DNA of 64,000 nucleotides from the NCBI GenBank assembly GCA_963806225.1, contig CAWDXG010000001.1:1568001-1632000 (forward strand). Reading direction: 5' to 3'. A program made the translations under genes and the position numbers. This DNA is from an uncultured delta proteobacterium (lineage in GTDB: Bacteria; Myxococcota_A; Polyangia; Polyangiales; Polyangiaceae). This document shows, one piece after another, positions 31,199 to 40,334 of the stretch. Position 1 is the stretch's first letter. Each line of letters opens with the position of its first letter. Under the pieces are notes generated by a model. It made no database searches and was not told where the DNA came from. It was given only the letters and a program-made list of their open reading frames with translations.

Positions 31199-32500
31199 TC
31201 AAGAGCCCTGGCAGGGCACCGTGATGTTCACCGTTCCGCCGGTGCCGGCCTTGGTGCAGGTGGCGGGGCAGAGGGTGATCGTGGTCGGGGTCTGGTTGTT
31301 GTCGTAGTAGAAGCCATCGCCGTTGCAGCCCGCCTTGGAGCCCGCGTTCGGCAGCGTCTGGGGGCTGGCGCCGGACGGCGTGAACTGGACGGCGAGCTTG
31401 CTCGGGTCGACGATTCCGGCGTCCGTCTTCGGCATGTTGAACTGACACCCGAGCGCGGACTGCTGGATCGCCTTGAGGGCGTTGATGAAGGCCGTCTTGT
31501 CGCCGTTGCCGACGTTGTAGAAGTGGCACGTCGAATATCCCGAGGCGCAGTAGTTCGAGTGGGATGGTCCGCCGCCCGCGACGGCCCACTGCTCGAGCGC
31601 CGGGAAGCTCGCGCCGGTCATGCCGATGACGAAGGTGCGGATGCCAAAGTTGTTGTAGAGGTTCTGCGGGATCTTCGCGATGGTCGCAACGTTGTCGTTG
31701 CACTCTCCGCAGCAGGGCACGCCGTCGGTGATCAGGATGCCCACCATCACGCGTCCTGCCGTCTGGTGCGTCGACGTATACTTCGCGATGCCGTTCATCG
31801 CGGCCTCGGTCGGCGTGTCCGTGTGGGGAGAATGCGAGTTCATCGAGCTGTCGAGACTCCCGGCGATCTGCGGCAGGTATCCGAGTGGCACCGCGGGCGT
31901 GTCGTAGCCGGCGCCGGCGCAGGTCCCCCCGCTGTCCAGCATGAAGTACTGCAGCGCGACGCGGTCGCCCGTCGCGGAGCTGTCGTGGAAGAAGCCGCTG
32001 AGCGCGTTGATCGCGTGACACCACTTGGAGTTGGTGCCGGCCCCGATGTTGCAGTCCGTCCCCATGCTGCCGGACTGGTCGAGCATGACGTACATGTCGA
32101 GCGGGGTCGGTTGCGCCTTGACCTGCAGGTCCGCGCAGGCTTCCTGCTTGCCGTCGTCCGAAGGGCCGTCGTAGCTGAACACCACGTCCGGAACGCTTGC
32201 GTCCTGGGAACCGGTCGCGCCGCTGCCGCCGCTGCTCGAGGCGTCCGCGCCGCCGCTGCCCGTCGCGCCGCTGCCGCCGCTGCCCGTCGCGCCGCTGCCG
32301 CCGCTACTGGAGGCGCCGCTGCCACCCACGTTGCCCGAGCCAGCGTTCCCGCCGGTCGCGCCGCCGCCGGTGGCGCCAGTGCCGCTTCCGCCCGAGCCGC
32401 CATGATTGTTGCCGTTTGCGGTGCCGCTGGTGCTTCCGCAGCCAATCACGTAGCCACCCACGGCCACGAGACAGGCCAAGCCAAGTGCAATACGCCTCAT
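31199..32500 (-). CDS. vWA-domain lipoprotein (tandem paralog)
   Basis: Lipobox YVIGC, MIDAS DQSGS...TPT...ITDG, and FYYDNNQTPTTITLC. Confidence 0.87.
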   Translation of the reverse strand: MRRIALGLACLVAVGGYVIGCGSTSGTANGNNHGGSGGSGTGATGGGATGGNAGSGNVGGSGASSSGGSGATGSGGSGATGSGGADASSSGGSGATGSQDASVPDVVFSYDGPSDDGKQEACADLQVKAQPTPLDMYVMLDQSGSMGTDCNIGAGTNSKWCHAINALSGFFHDSSATGDRVALQYFMLDSGGTCAGAGYDTPAVPLGYLPQIAGSLDSSMNSHSPHTDTPTEAAMNGIAKYTSTHQTAGRVMVGILITDGVPCCGECNDNVATIAKIPQNLYNNFGIRTFVIGMTGASFPALEQWAVAGGGPSHSNYCASGYSTCHFYNVGNGDKTAFINALKAIQQSALGCQFNMPKTDAGIVDPSKLAVQFTPSGASPQTLPNAGSKAGCNGDGFYYDNNQTPTTITLCPATCTKAGTGGTVNITVPCQGS

Positions 32501-32508
32501 GACAAGAA

Positions 32509-32537
32509 AGTTTCTGCTAAATCGGAAAGCACTGCAA
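32509..32537 (-). promoter_or_regulatory. Putative promoter of the upstream vWA paralog
   Basis: Minus strand TTGCAG-17 nt-GAAACT-8 nt-ATG, with no SD. Confidence 0.5.
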
Positions 32538-32613
32538 GGAGCTTGACGTCGATCAGGATCGGACGCGTCGCGGCGAACTCGCCCGGCGTGCGGCCCTTGG
32601 CTAGCCTAGGGCG

Positions 32614-33033
32614 ATGCTCGTCACGACGCGCTCCGTGGCATTTCACGAGGTGGACGCCGCGGGGCTGGTGTTCTTCCCACATTTCCTTACCTACGCCCAC
32701 GAGGCCATGGAGCAGCTCTTCGAGCCGCTTGCCGAGGGCTACGTCGGGCTCATCCTGGGGCGCCGCATTGGCCTGCCCGCCGTTCATGTCGACGCGGAAT
32801 ACTCGGCGCCCCTCGTCTACGGGGAGTCCGCGCGTATCGAGACGAGCGTCGTCCACCTGGGCAATCGCAGCATGGTGATCCGCTATCGCTTCGTGCGCGA
32901 GCGCGACCAGGTGCTCGCAGCGGTGATCCGCCATACCGTCGTGGTCACGGATCTGGACAAGAAGAAGAGCTGCCCCATGCCGGACGACGTGCGCAGAGCC
33001 GCAGAGGCGCATCTCGAAGAGGAGGCACCGTGA
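32614..33033 (+). CDS. 4HBT/YbgC-type hot-dog acyl-CoA thioesterase
   Basis: VAFHEVDAAGLVFFPHF, PAVHVDAEYSAPLVYGE, PMPDDVR. Confidence 0.88.
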   Translation: MLVTTRSVAFHEVDAAGLVFFPHFLTYAHEAMEQLFEPLAEGYVGLILGRRIGLPAVHVDAEYSAPLVYGESARIETSVVHLGNRSMVIRYRFVRERDQVLAAVIRHTVVVTDLDKKKSCPMPDDVRRAAEAHLEEEAP

Positions 33034-33635
33034 AGGGGCTGGTCGCGCGCGCTGCCGGCAGGCGCGAGCGGCCTCCGGCGCGGCAGGCGAGCCTGCGGCT
33101 GATCGCGGGGCGCGATCACTACGAAGAGCTCATCTCGCGCGAGCTGCCCGGGGCCCAGGTGGCCGTGTGGATCGCCACGGCGAACCTGAAGGAGCTGCGT
33201 GTGCAGGCGCCGGTCGGCACGCGAGCGCGAGCGCGCGGGCGGTACGTGTCGATACTCGAGGTGCTCGAATCGCTCGTGGATCGGGGCGTGGAGCTCAGAA
33301 TCCTGCACGGGCGCGTTCCCTCGCGCGCGTTCGAGGCCGAGCTGTCCCGTCGCAACCGCCTGGCCCGGGCGCTGGAGCTTCGACAATGTCCGCGCGTGCA
33401 CATGAAGACGGTCACCGTCGACGGTCGTGTGCTGTATCTCGGTAGCGCGAACTTCACAGGAGCGGGGCTGGGCGCGCGCAGCGACGGACGCCGCAATTTC
33501 GAAATCGGAATACTCACCGACGACGACTATCTGCTCGACGCAGTGCAGGCGCAGTTCGACGCCATCTGGTCGGGGGGCGAGTGTGGTGCCTGCCGGCTGC
33601 GCCATCTGTGCCCGGCACCCATCGATCAGCTGTAG
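33030..33635 (+). CDS. Single-HKD phospholipase D/nuclease-superfamily protein with C-terminal Cys cluster
   Basis: HMKTVTVD...GSANFT...RNFEIG, and tail CGACRLRHLC. GTGA overlap with the thioesterase. Confidence 0.85.
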   Translation: MKGLVARAAGRRERPPARQASLRLIAGRDHYEELISRELPGAQVAVWIATANLKELRVQAPVGTRARARGRYVSILEVLESLVDRGVELRILHGRVPSRAFEAELSRRNRLARALELRQCPRVHMKTVTVDGRVLYLGSANFTGAGLGARSDGRRNFEIGILTDDDYLLDAVQAQFDAIWSGGECGACRLRHLCPAPIDQL

Positions 33636-33649
33636 CGCGGGGCAGGGCG

Positions 33650-34414
33650 CTAGCGGGCCATGCTCGCCAGGGCGCGGCGCACCCAGCTCGCGTCCGAAGC
33701 GCCAGCCCGCACCGGATCGCACGGACCTGCGAGAACGCCGAGCGCCTGGATCTGCAATCGGGCTTCGCGAAGTCCGGGCGAGCCCGGCTTCGACTCGAGC
33801 AGCGCTGCGATGCGGCGCCACTCGGCCAGAGCGGCCGGCCACATGCGACGCTTGGCGTACCAGGAAGCGAGCTGGCGGCGAAGCGCCGTATTCGTGTCGT
33901 CGAGGGCAATCGCTGCGCGCAGATCCCTGAACGCTTCCGCCTGCCGCCCGCTGTGCAGGAACAGGCGCGCGCGGTGCACCAACGCCTGCGCGGCATACTC
34001 GTGCAGCCGCGCGGCGCTCGTGTACAGCTGCTCGGCCTCGCCGGAATCCCCGGCGGCTTCGCGCAGCCTTCCGAGCCGGATGATGGCGGGTCCGTAGCTG
34101 GGGTCGAGCTGGATGGCCCGGGTGTACGCGGTCATGGCGCGCGCCGCATCGCCGCGCCGTTCGTGCTCCTCGGCGCGCCGCATCAGCTCGGCGATGCTGT
34201 TCCGGGCCCAGGAGTGCGAAGGTGGCGCCGGATCTTCGGGGGCAGCCGGCCGCGGCGTACGCCGGAGCGGGACGGGCGCCGGCCGCTGCGCGGGCGCGGG
34301 CTTCGGCGCCGGAGCGCGCGCATCCTCGAAGCGCGCCGTGGGTTCGGCGACGGCGCGGAGCGGCACGCACAGCGCGAGAGCGACGAACAGGGGCAGGCGG
34401 CGGGACGTCGGCAT
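33650..34414 (-). CDS. Secreted TPR protein
   Basis: Signal peptide, Pro-rich linker, and TPRs (YTRAIQLDPSY; LRAAIALDDTN). Confidence 0.75.
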   Translation of the reverse strand: MPTSRRLPLFVALALCVPLRAVAEPTARFEDARAPAPKPAPAQRPAPVPLRRTPRPAAPEDPAPPSHSWARNSIAELMRRAEEHERRGDAARAMTAYTRAIQLDPSYGPAIIRLGRLREAAGDSGEAEQLYTSAARLHEYAAQALVHRARLFLHSGRQAEAFRDLRAAIALDDTNTALRRQLASWYAKRRMWPAALAEWRRIAALLESKPGSPGLREARLQIQALGVLAGPCDPVRAGASDASWVRRALASMAR

Positions 34415-34589
34415 CACGGTGGCACCTTGCCGGATACCACTTTCGTGCTGCCCGCGCCGCTCCGAGGCGATGCCCCGCTGCGTGGTCGACCACCCGCGCC
34501 GGTGCGTCCCGCGAGCCACAACGGGGCAGCGATCCGGCGCAGGACCCGGCCTTCGTGCCTGCGGCACGCTCATTGCTGGCTGAGGGCCT

Positions 34590-37500
34590 GTGACACTCCG
34601 GGACCTGCTGCTGCCGACCACGCTCCGTTTCCCTTCCCGGCGCCTGCGCCTGTTTGCGGGTCTGGTGTTGGCTTTCGCGACCGCGTGCATCAGCGACAAC
34701 CGGCCGCCCCACGTAGCGCCGCACAGCACGCTGGCACTCGCTCCCGGGCACGACGCGGCCCCCCGGACCGGGCCGTTCCGCGTCGTGTTCGCGGCGCCGC
34801 GCGGCGAGGCCGCCTCGGTGAGCGAGCTCAGCGTGGTGTTCAGCCGGCCGCTGCGCTCGCTGGGCACCGCGGAGAGCGAGCGGCCGCCGCCGATCCGGTT
34901 GAGCCCACCGCTTTCGGGACGCTGGCAGTGGGTCGGCACCCGCGCTGTCGTGTTCGTGCCCGCGGGTGGACGCCTTCCCGGCGCGACGCTGGTCCGGGTC
35001 GAGGTGCCCGGCAGCACCCGCGCTCTCGACGGATCCGCGCTGGGCCAGCCCTATCGGTTCCGGTTGCAGACGCCGCGTCCCGAGCTGGTGCGATCCACGC
35101 CCCACGACGGGGCGCGTGGCGTCGTGCCGCCCGATGCATTCGAGCTCCGCTTCAACCAGCCCATCGACCCCGCGGCGCTCGCTCGTGTCGGCACGCTCTC
35201 GGTCGCCCGCGGCGGTGCATGGCGCAAGCGTCCGGTGCGCGGCTACCATCCGGTCCCGTTCCATGTGGAGCGCCCTGATCCCTCTGAGCTGAAGCGCCTC
35301 TTGGTACGGCCGGTGCGGAAGCTGCCGGTGCACAGCACGGTCCGCTTCGAGATAGCTCCGGGGCTTTCCAGCACCGAGGGGCCGCTGGCGTCCCGAAAAC
35401 TGCAACAAACCAGTTTCGAGACCTACGGGCCGCTGACGGTCGAGCCCATCTCGTGTCCGGATGACGCGCCGCACCGCAAATGCGAGCCGGGATCAGCGCT
35501 GTCGATCTCGCTGTCGAACGCCGTGAAGATGCGCGATCTGGAGCGGGCGATCAGCGTCTCGCCGCCTGTCAGGTTGCGCTGGGGCGCATGGGACGAGAAC
35601 GACATGGCGAGCTATGCGTCGCTGGTCGGGGCGTTCAAGCCGGCGCACAGCTACACGATCACGGTCAGCGGAAAGCTCCGTGACCACTACGGCCAGAAAC
35701 TCGGGAAGAGCTACACGCAGCGCGTCGACATCGACGACTTCTGGCCCGACGTGGAGATAGGGCTCCAGGGCCAGACGTTGGAGCCCTCGAGCACCCGCCC
35801 GATCCCGATTGGAGCGCTGAACATCGGCAGCTACCGACTGCTGACCGCGCGGCTCGATCCAGGGCTGGTCCCCCAGTTGCTCGAGCATCCCGACTCCGCG
35901 TCGCGCTTCGGACAATTGGAGAGGCTCAAGCGGGTGCACACCGCCCGCGTGCGCCCGGCAGCGCCGAAGAACACGATGTCGCGGCACCCGGTCGCTCCGG
36001 CGACGGTGCTGGGCGGGCCGAAGGCGCGCGGCGCGATCGCGATCGGAGTCGGCTATTCCGATCCCCGCTACGGCGCCCGGCGCGAGCAGCAGCTGTTCAG
36101 AATCGTGCAGGTGACGGATCTGGCGATCAGCGCCAAGATCTCGCACCAGGGCTCCGTCGTGTGGGTCACGCGGTTGTCCAACGCCCAGCCGGTCCAGGGC
36201 GCCCGGGTACGCGTGTTGGGTCCCCAGAAGCGCTCGACGGCACGCTTCACCACCGACAAGCGGGGCCTGGTGACGATCCCGCCGGGCGCGTTCGATCCGG
36301 ACTTCGGGGCGCCGCACGATCGGGCTTCGGTGATCGTCGCCGAGAAGGACGGCGACTGGTGCTTCCGGCGCGTCGGCGACTACATCGGGTCGTGGCGCAC
36401 TGGCGTGCCCATGGACCTGAGCGGCGACGAACCGGAATACGGCATGATGTTCACCGAGCGCGGCCTGTACCGGCCGGGCGACAGCGTGCGCGTCAAGGCT
36501 ATCGTGCGCGGCGAAGTGCCCGGCGGCAACGCCATCCCCGTCGGCAGGACGCTCCACGTCGAGCTGCGTTCGCCGAAGGGCGATCGGGTCGCGGACCAGA
36601 CGGTCACCACGACGGCGTTCGGGACCTTCAGCGCGCGCTTCAAGCTGCCGCGCTCGGCCGCGCTGGGCAACTGGCTGCTGGTCACACAGGGGCTCCGGGA
36701 AGGTCAGATCGACCGCTACTTCACCGTCGCGGAGTACCGTCCCGCCGGATTCAAGGTGGGCGTGCAGAGCGACCAGCCCGCCTACGTCCGGGGGGACACC
36801 GGGCACTGGAGCGTACAGGGCGACTACCTGTTCGGCTCGCCGATGTCAGGCGCGGCGGCGCGCGTCGAGCTCACGCACACCCCGACCTGGTTCACGCCTC
36901 CGGGCAGTGACGGCTTCGTCACGAACGCGGAAGCGTTCTACGCGGATCTCGCCGACGAGTCGAATCAGGCCGGTACGCTCCGGACGAGGAAGTCCGCGCT
37001 CGACAAGAAGGGCCGGACCACGCTCCAGATGAAGCTGGCGACGCCGGCCCAGCGTGGGCCCGAGCTGGTGACGGCGGAGGCCGAAGTGACCGATGTCTCG
37101 CGGCAGACCCTGTCGGGCTCGACCTCGGCGATCGTGCATCCGGGCAGCTTCTACATCGGCATCCAGCGGCCGGACGACTACTTCGTGACGGCGCCGGGAC
37201 ACGTCGAGACGGGCGTCGTCGCGTTGTCGCCGAAGGGCAAGCGGCTTGCGGGACGCCGCATTCGCGTCGCGCTGGTACGCCGCCACTGGACGCTGGCGCG
37301 CCAGCGCGCGGGCAGCGACACCCACGTGGTCTCGCGACCCGTGGACGCCGAGGTCGATCACTGTGAAGTCACCACCCTGGGCGCGCGCCCTGCACCCTGT
37401 ACGCTGGCGCTCGCACAGGGGGGCTACTACCTGATCCACGCCACGGCCCGCGACTGGCGGGGCAACAGCCTGGCTTCTGCGGTGAGCCTCTACGGGATCG

Positions 37501-40334
37501 GACATGGCGGCGCATCCTGGGCGGACAGCGATCAGTTGCGCGTGGATCTGGCGCTCGACAAGACGGAGTACAAGGTCGGTGACACCGCACGTGTGCTGAT
37601 CAAGTCGCCGTTCCCGAACGCGGATGCGCTCGTGACGGTCGAAGGAGCCGGTGTCCACCACGTGCAGACCCTGCGGCTCAGCGGTCCGACACCGACCGTG
37701 CGGCTGCCGGTGACCGCCGATCTCGGACCGAATGCCTTCATCTCGGTGCACCTGCTGCGCGGTCGCACGCGCGCGCCGCCTGGTGGGGACCAGCCGGATG
37801 TCGGCGCTCCTGCCTATCGCATCGGGTACGCCCAGCTCGAGATCGATCCGTCCGCGCACCGGCTGAAGGTCCAGATCAGGCCGTCCAAGCGCGATCTGCG
37901 GCCCGGCGCGGAGCTCGGGGTGGACATTTCCGTAGAGAATCCGGAAGGGCGACCCGAGCCGTCCGAAGTGACGCTCTACGCGGTGGACGAGGGCGTGCTG
38001 TCGCTGATCGACTACCAGACGCCCGATCCGGTGCCGGTTTTCACCCGGCCGCGACCGCTCGCCGTTGCAACGATCGAGTCGCGCGATTCGCTGGCGAAGG
38101 TCGAGCTCCGCGATCTTGCAGGCCTTTTGGGACAGGAGAAGGGCAACCCGGGCGGTGGGGGCAGCGACGCGCCGTCCGCACGGCGCGACTTCCGCCAGAG
38201 CGCCTACTTCAACCCGGCGGTCGTGACCGGTCCCGACGGCCGGGCACACGTGTCGTTCAAGCTGCCCGAGAGCCTGACGACCTATCGGCTGATGGCGATC
38301 GCCGTCTCCAGGCACGACCGCTACGGCTTCGGCGAGTCGCGCGTCACCACGAGCAAGCGGCTGATGGCGCGCCCGGCGCTCCCGCGCTTCCTGCGCGCCG
38401 GCGATTCCATCGAAGCCGGCGTGGTTGTGAGCACGAAGAAGTTCGGTCCGGTGCAGGTCCAGGTGCGCGCCCGCGTGGAGGGGCTGACGCTGTCGGGCGA
38501 CGCGACGCGCAGCGTGGAGGTGGGGCGCAACGACTCGGTGGAAGTGCGTTTCCCGATGCGTGCCGCCAGCTGCGGCACCGCCCGGCTGCGCTTCGACGTG
38601 CAGGCGGAGGGCGAACGCGACGCGGTGCAGGTCACGCGCAAGGTGGAAGTGCCCGCAGCGATGGAGGCGGTTGCGCTGTACGGACGGACGGACGGAGCCG
38701 CGAGCGAGAAGATCGGCGACCTTTCGGGTATCCGGCACGACGTCGGGCATCTGTCGGTGAGCCTGTCCTCCACGGCACTGGTCGGGCTGGGTAGCGGCGT
38801 CGACCAGTTGCTCGAGTATCCGTACGGCTGCACGGAGCAGCTCTCGAGCCGCTTGATGCCGCTGTTGCCGCTTCGCGATCTCGCTCGCGATTTCTCGATC
38901 AAGCTGCCCGCCGATCTACCTGCCGTTATCGGCAAGACCGTAGCCGACGTGCTCGCCCGTCAGCGCGGCGATGGCGGCTTCGGGCTCTGGCCGGATTCCG
39001 ACCGGAGCTTTCCCTGGGTCAGCGCCTACGCACTGTGGACGCTCGATCAGGCACGCAGGCGCGGCGAGCAGGTCCCCTCCGACGCGATGGAGCGCGGGAC
39101 GGCGTATCTGCGCCGCTACCTGGCCGGACCACACGACGACAAGCTGTTCGCGCCGACCGCCGCGTTCATGCTCGACGTGCTGGCGGAGATGGGCACGCCC
39201 GATCCGGGATACATGAGCCGGCTCTACGACGAGCGCGACCGGCTGCCGCTGTTCGCCCGCGCGCTGCTGCTCCACGCGCTGGCCATCTCGGAGAAGCACG
39301 GGCAGATGCTGCAGAAGCTCGACCGGAGCGTGGAAAACCAGCTCAGGATCTCGGCCAACACGGCGACCGTCGCGGAAAACGTCGGCGACGAGTACGCGAC
39401 GTTGATGGACTCGCCCGCGCGCACCAGTGCCATGGTGCTGAGGGCGCTCCTGGCGGTGCGGCCCGGTCATCCCCTGGCGGCGAAGCTGGCGCGCGGGCTG
39501 CTCCAGGCGCGACGTGGAGGGACCTGGCGTTCGACGCAGGAGACCGCGTACGCACTGCTCGCGCTCGACGAGTACAGGAAAGCCCAGGAGCGGCAGCGGC
39601 CGGACTTCTCGGCGCGGGTATGGCTGTCGGGCAAGCAGCTCATGAACGCCGCCATGCGCGGGCGAAGCGCGCGGGCTGTGGCGCAGGACGTGCCGACCTC
39701 CGGGCTCGGCGGCGGCCTGCTCGTCTTCGACAAGCGGGGGCAGGGCTCGCTTTTCTACCAGGCGCGGCTCCGCTACGCCCCGCGCTCGCTGCCGGTGAAA
39801 TCGCTGGACCGCGGTTTCTACGTCCAGAAGACGCTCCGGCGTGTCTCGCCCGAAGAGCTCGCCCAGGCACTGCGCACCCTTCCGGAGATAGGGACACGGA
39901 AGTTCCACGGGGGCGACATGGTGCTGGCCGATCTCCTGATCGTCACGCCGAGCCCGCGCGACTACGTCGTGATCGACGATCCGCTGCCGGCCGGGCTCGA
40001 GGGTGTCGACGCGCAGCTCTCGACGACCGCTTCCTGGCTCGACGTTCCCGGTTCCGGCGGCGAGCCGGGGGCGGTGAGCTGCACGCGCTGCGTGGACGCC
40101 CAGGATACCATCGCCAGTGGGCGTGCGTTCCTGCATAGCTGGTACCGCCGCGAGGTGCGTGACGATCGCGTGGTGTTCTTCGTCGATCACATGGCGCAGG
40201 GCATGTACCACTACCGCTATCTGGCCCGGGCGACGACGCTCGGCAGCTTCATCGTGCCGCCGACGAAGGCCGAGGAGATGTACACGCCGGAAGTGTTCGG
40301 TCGCACCGCGGCGGCGCGGGTGGAGGTGCAATGA
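34590..40334 (+). CDS. Bacterial alpha-2-macroglobulin lipoprotein (1914 aa)
   Basis: Lipobox FATAC, Ig-like N-terminal domains, FTERGLYRPGD, AVDEGVL, LPESLTTYR, thioester motif YPYGCTEQ, WRSTQET, AEEMYTPEVFG. Confidence 0.95.
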   Translation: MTLRDLLLPTTLRFPSRRLRLFAGLVLAFATACISDNRPPHVAPHSTLALAPGHDAAPRTGPFRVVFAAPRGEAASVSELSVVFSRPLRSLGTAESERPPPIRLSPPLSGRWQWVGTRAVVFVPAGGRLPGATLVRVEVPGSTRALDGSALGQPYRFRLQTPRPELVRSTPHDGARGVVPPDAFELRFNQPIDPAALARVGTLSVARGGAWRKRPVRGYHPVPFHVERPDPSELKRLLVRPVRKLPVHSTVRFEIAPGLSSTEGPLASRKLQQTSFETYGPLTVEPISCPDDAPHRKCEPGSALSISLSNAVKMRDLERAISVSPPVRLRWGAWDENDMASYASLVGAFKPAHSYTITVSGKLRDHYGQKLGKSYTQRVDIDDFWPDVEIGLQGQTLEPSSTRPIPIGALNIGSYRLLTARLDPGLVPQLLEHPDSASRFGQLERLKRVHTARVRPAAPKNTMSRHPVAPATVLGGPKARGAIAIGVGYSDPRYGARREQQLFRIVQVTDLAISAKISHQGSVVWVTRLSNAQPVQGARVRVLGPQKRSTARFTTDKRGLVTIPPGAFDPDFGAPHDRASVIVAEKDGDWCFRRVGDYIGSWRTGVPMDLSGDEPEYGMMFTERGLYRPGDSVRVKAIVRGEVPGGNAIPVGRTLHVELRSPKGDRVADQTVTTTAFGTFSARFKLPRSAALGNWLLVTQGLREGQIDRYFTVAEYRPAGFKVGVQSDQPAYVRGDTGHWSVQGDYLFGSPMSGAAARVELTHTPTWFTPPGSDGFVTNAEAFYADLADESNQAGTLRTRKSALDKKGRTTLQMKLATPAQRGPELVTAEAEVTDVSRQTLSGSTSAIVHPGSFYIGIQRPDDYFVTAPGHVETGVVALSPKGKRLAGRRIRVALVRRHWTLARQRAGSDTHVVSRPVDAEVDHCEVTTLGARPAPCTLALAQGGYYLIHATARDWRGNSLASAVSLYGIGHGGASWADSDQLRVDLALDKTEYKVGDTARVLIKSPFPNADALVTVEGAGVHHVQTLRLSGPTPTVRLPVTADLGPNAFISVHLLRGRTRAPPGGDQPDVGAPAYRIGYAQLEIDPSAHRLKVQIRPSKRDLRPGAELGVDISVENPEGRPEPSEVTLYAVDEGVLSLIDYQTPDPVPVFTRPRPLAVATIESRDSLAKVELRDLAGLLGQEKGNPGGGGSDAPSARRDFRQSAYFNPAVVTGPDGRAHVSFKLPESLTTYRLMAIAVSRHDRYGFGESRVTTSKRLMARPALPRFLRAGDSIEAGVVVSTKKFGPVQVQVRARVEGLTLSGDATRSVEVGRNDSVEVRFPMRAASCGTARLRFDVQAEGERDAVQVTRKVEVPAAMEAVALYGRTDGAASEKIGDLSGIRHDVGHLSVSLSSTALVGLGSGVDQLLEYPYGCTEQLSSRLMPLLPLRDLARDFSIKLPADLPAVIGKTVADVLARQRGDGGFGLWPDSDRSFPWVSAYALWTLDQARRRGEQVPSDAMERGTAYLRRYLAGPHDDKLFAPTAAFMLDVLAEMGTPDPGYMSRLYDERDRLPLFARALLLHALAISEKHGQMLQKLDRSVENQLRISANTATVAENVGDEYATLMDSPARTSAMVLRALLAVRPGHPLAAKLARGLLQARRGGTWRSTQETAYALLALDEYRKAQERQRPDFSARVWLSGKQLMNAAMRGRSARAVAQDVPTSGLGGGLLVFDKRGQGSLFYQARLRYAPRSLPVKSLDRGFYVQKTLRRVSPEELAQALRTLPEIGTRKFHGGDMVLADLLIVTPSPRDYVVIDDPLPAGLEGVDAQLSTTASWLDVPGSGGEPGAVSCTRCVDAQDTIASGRAFLHSWYRREVRDDRVVFFVDHMAQGMYHYRYLARATTLGSFIVPPTKAEEMYTPEVFGRTAAARVEVQ

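Noticed and set aside
30835..32400. GCC/GCT-rich repeats as mobile or phase-variation elements
   Set aside because: Units are multiples of 3 encoding Gly/Ser linkers, so they do not switch frame.
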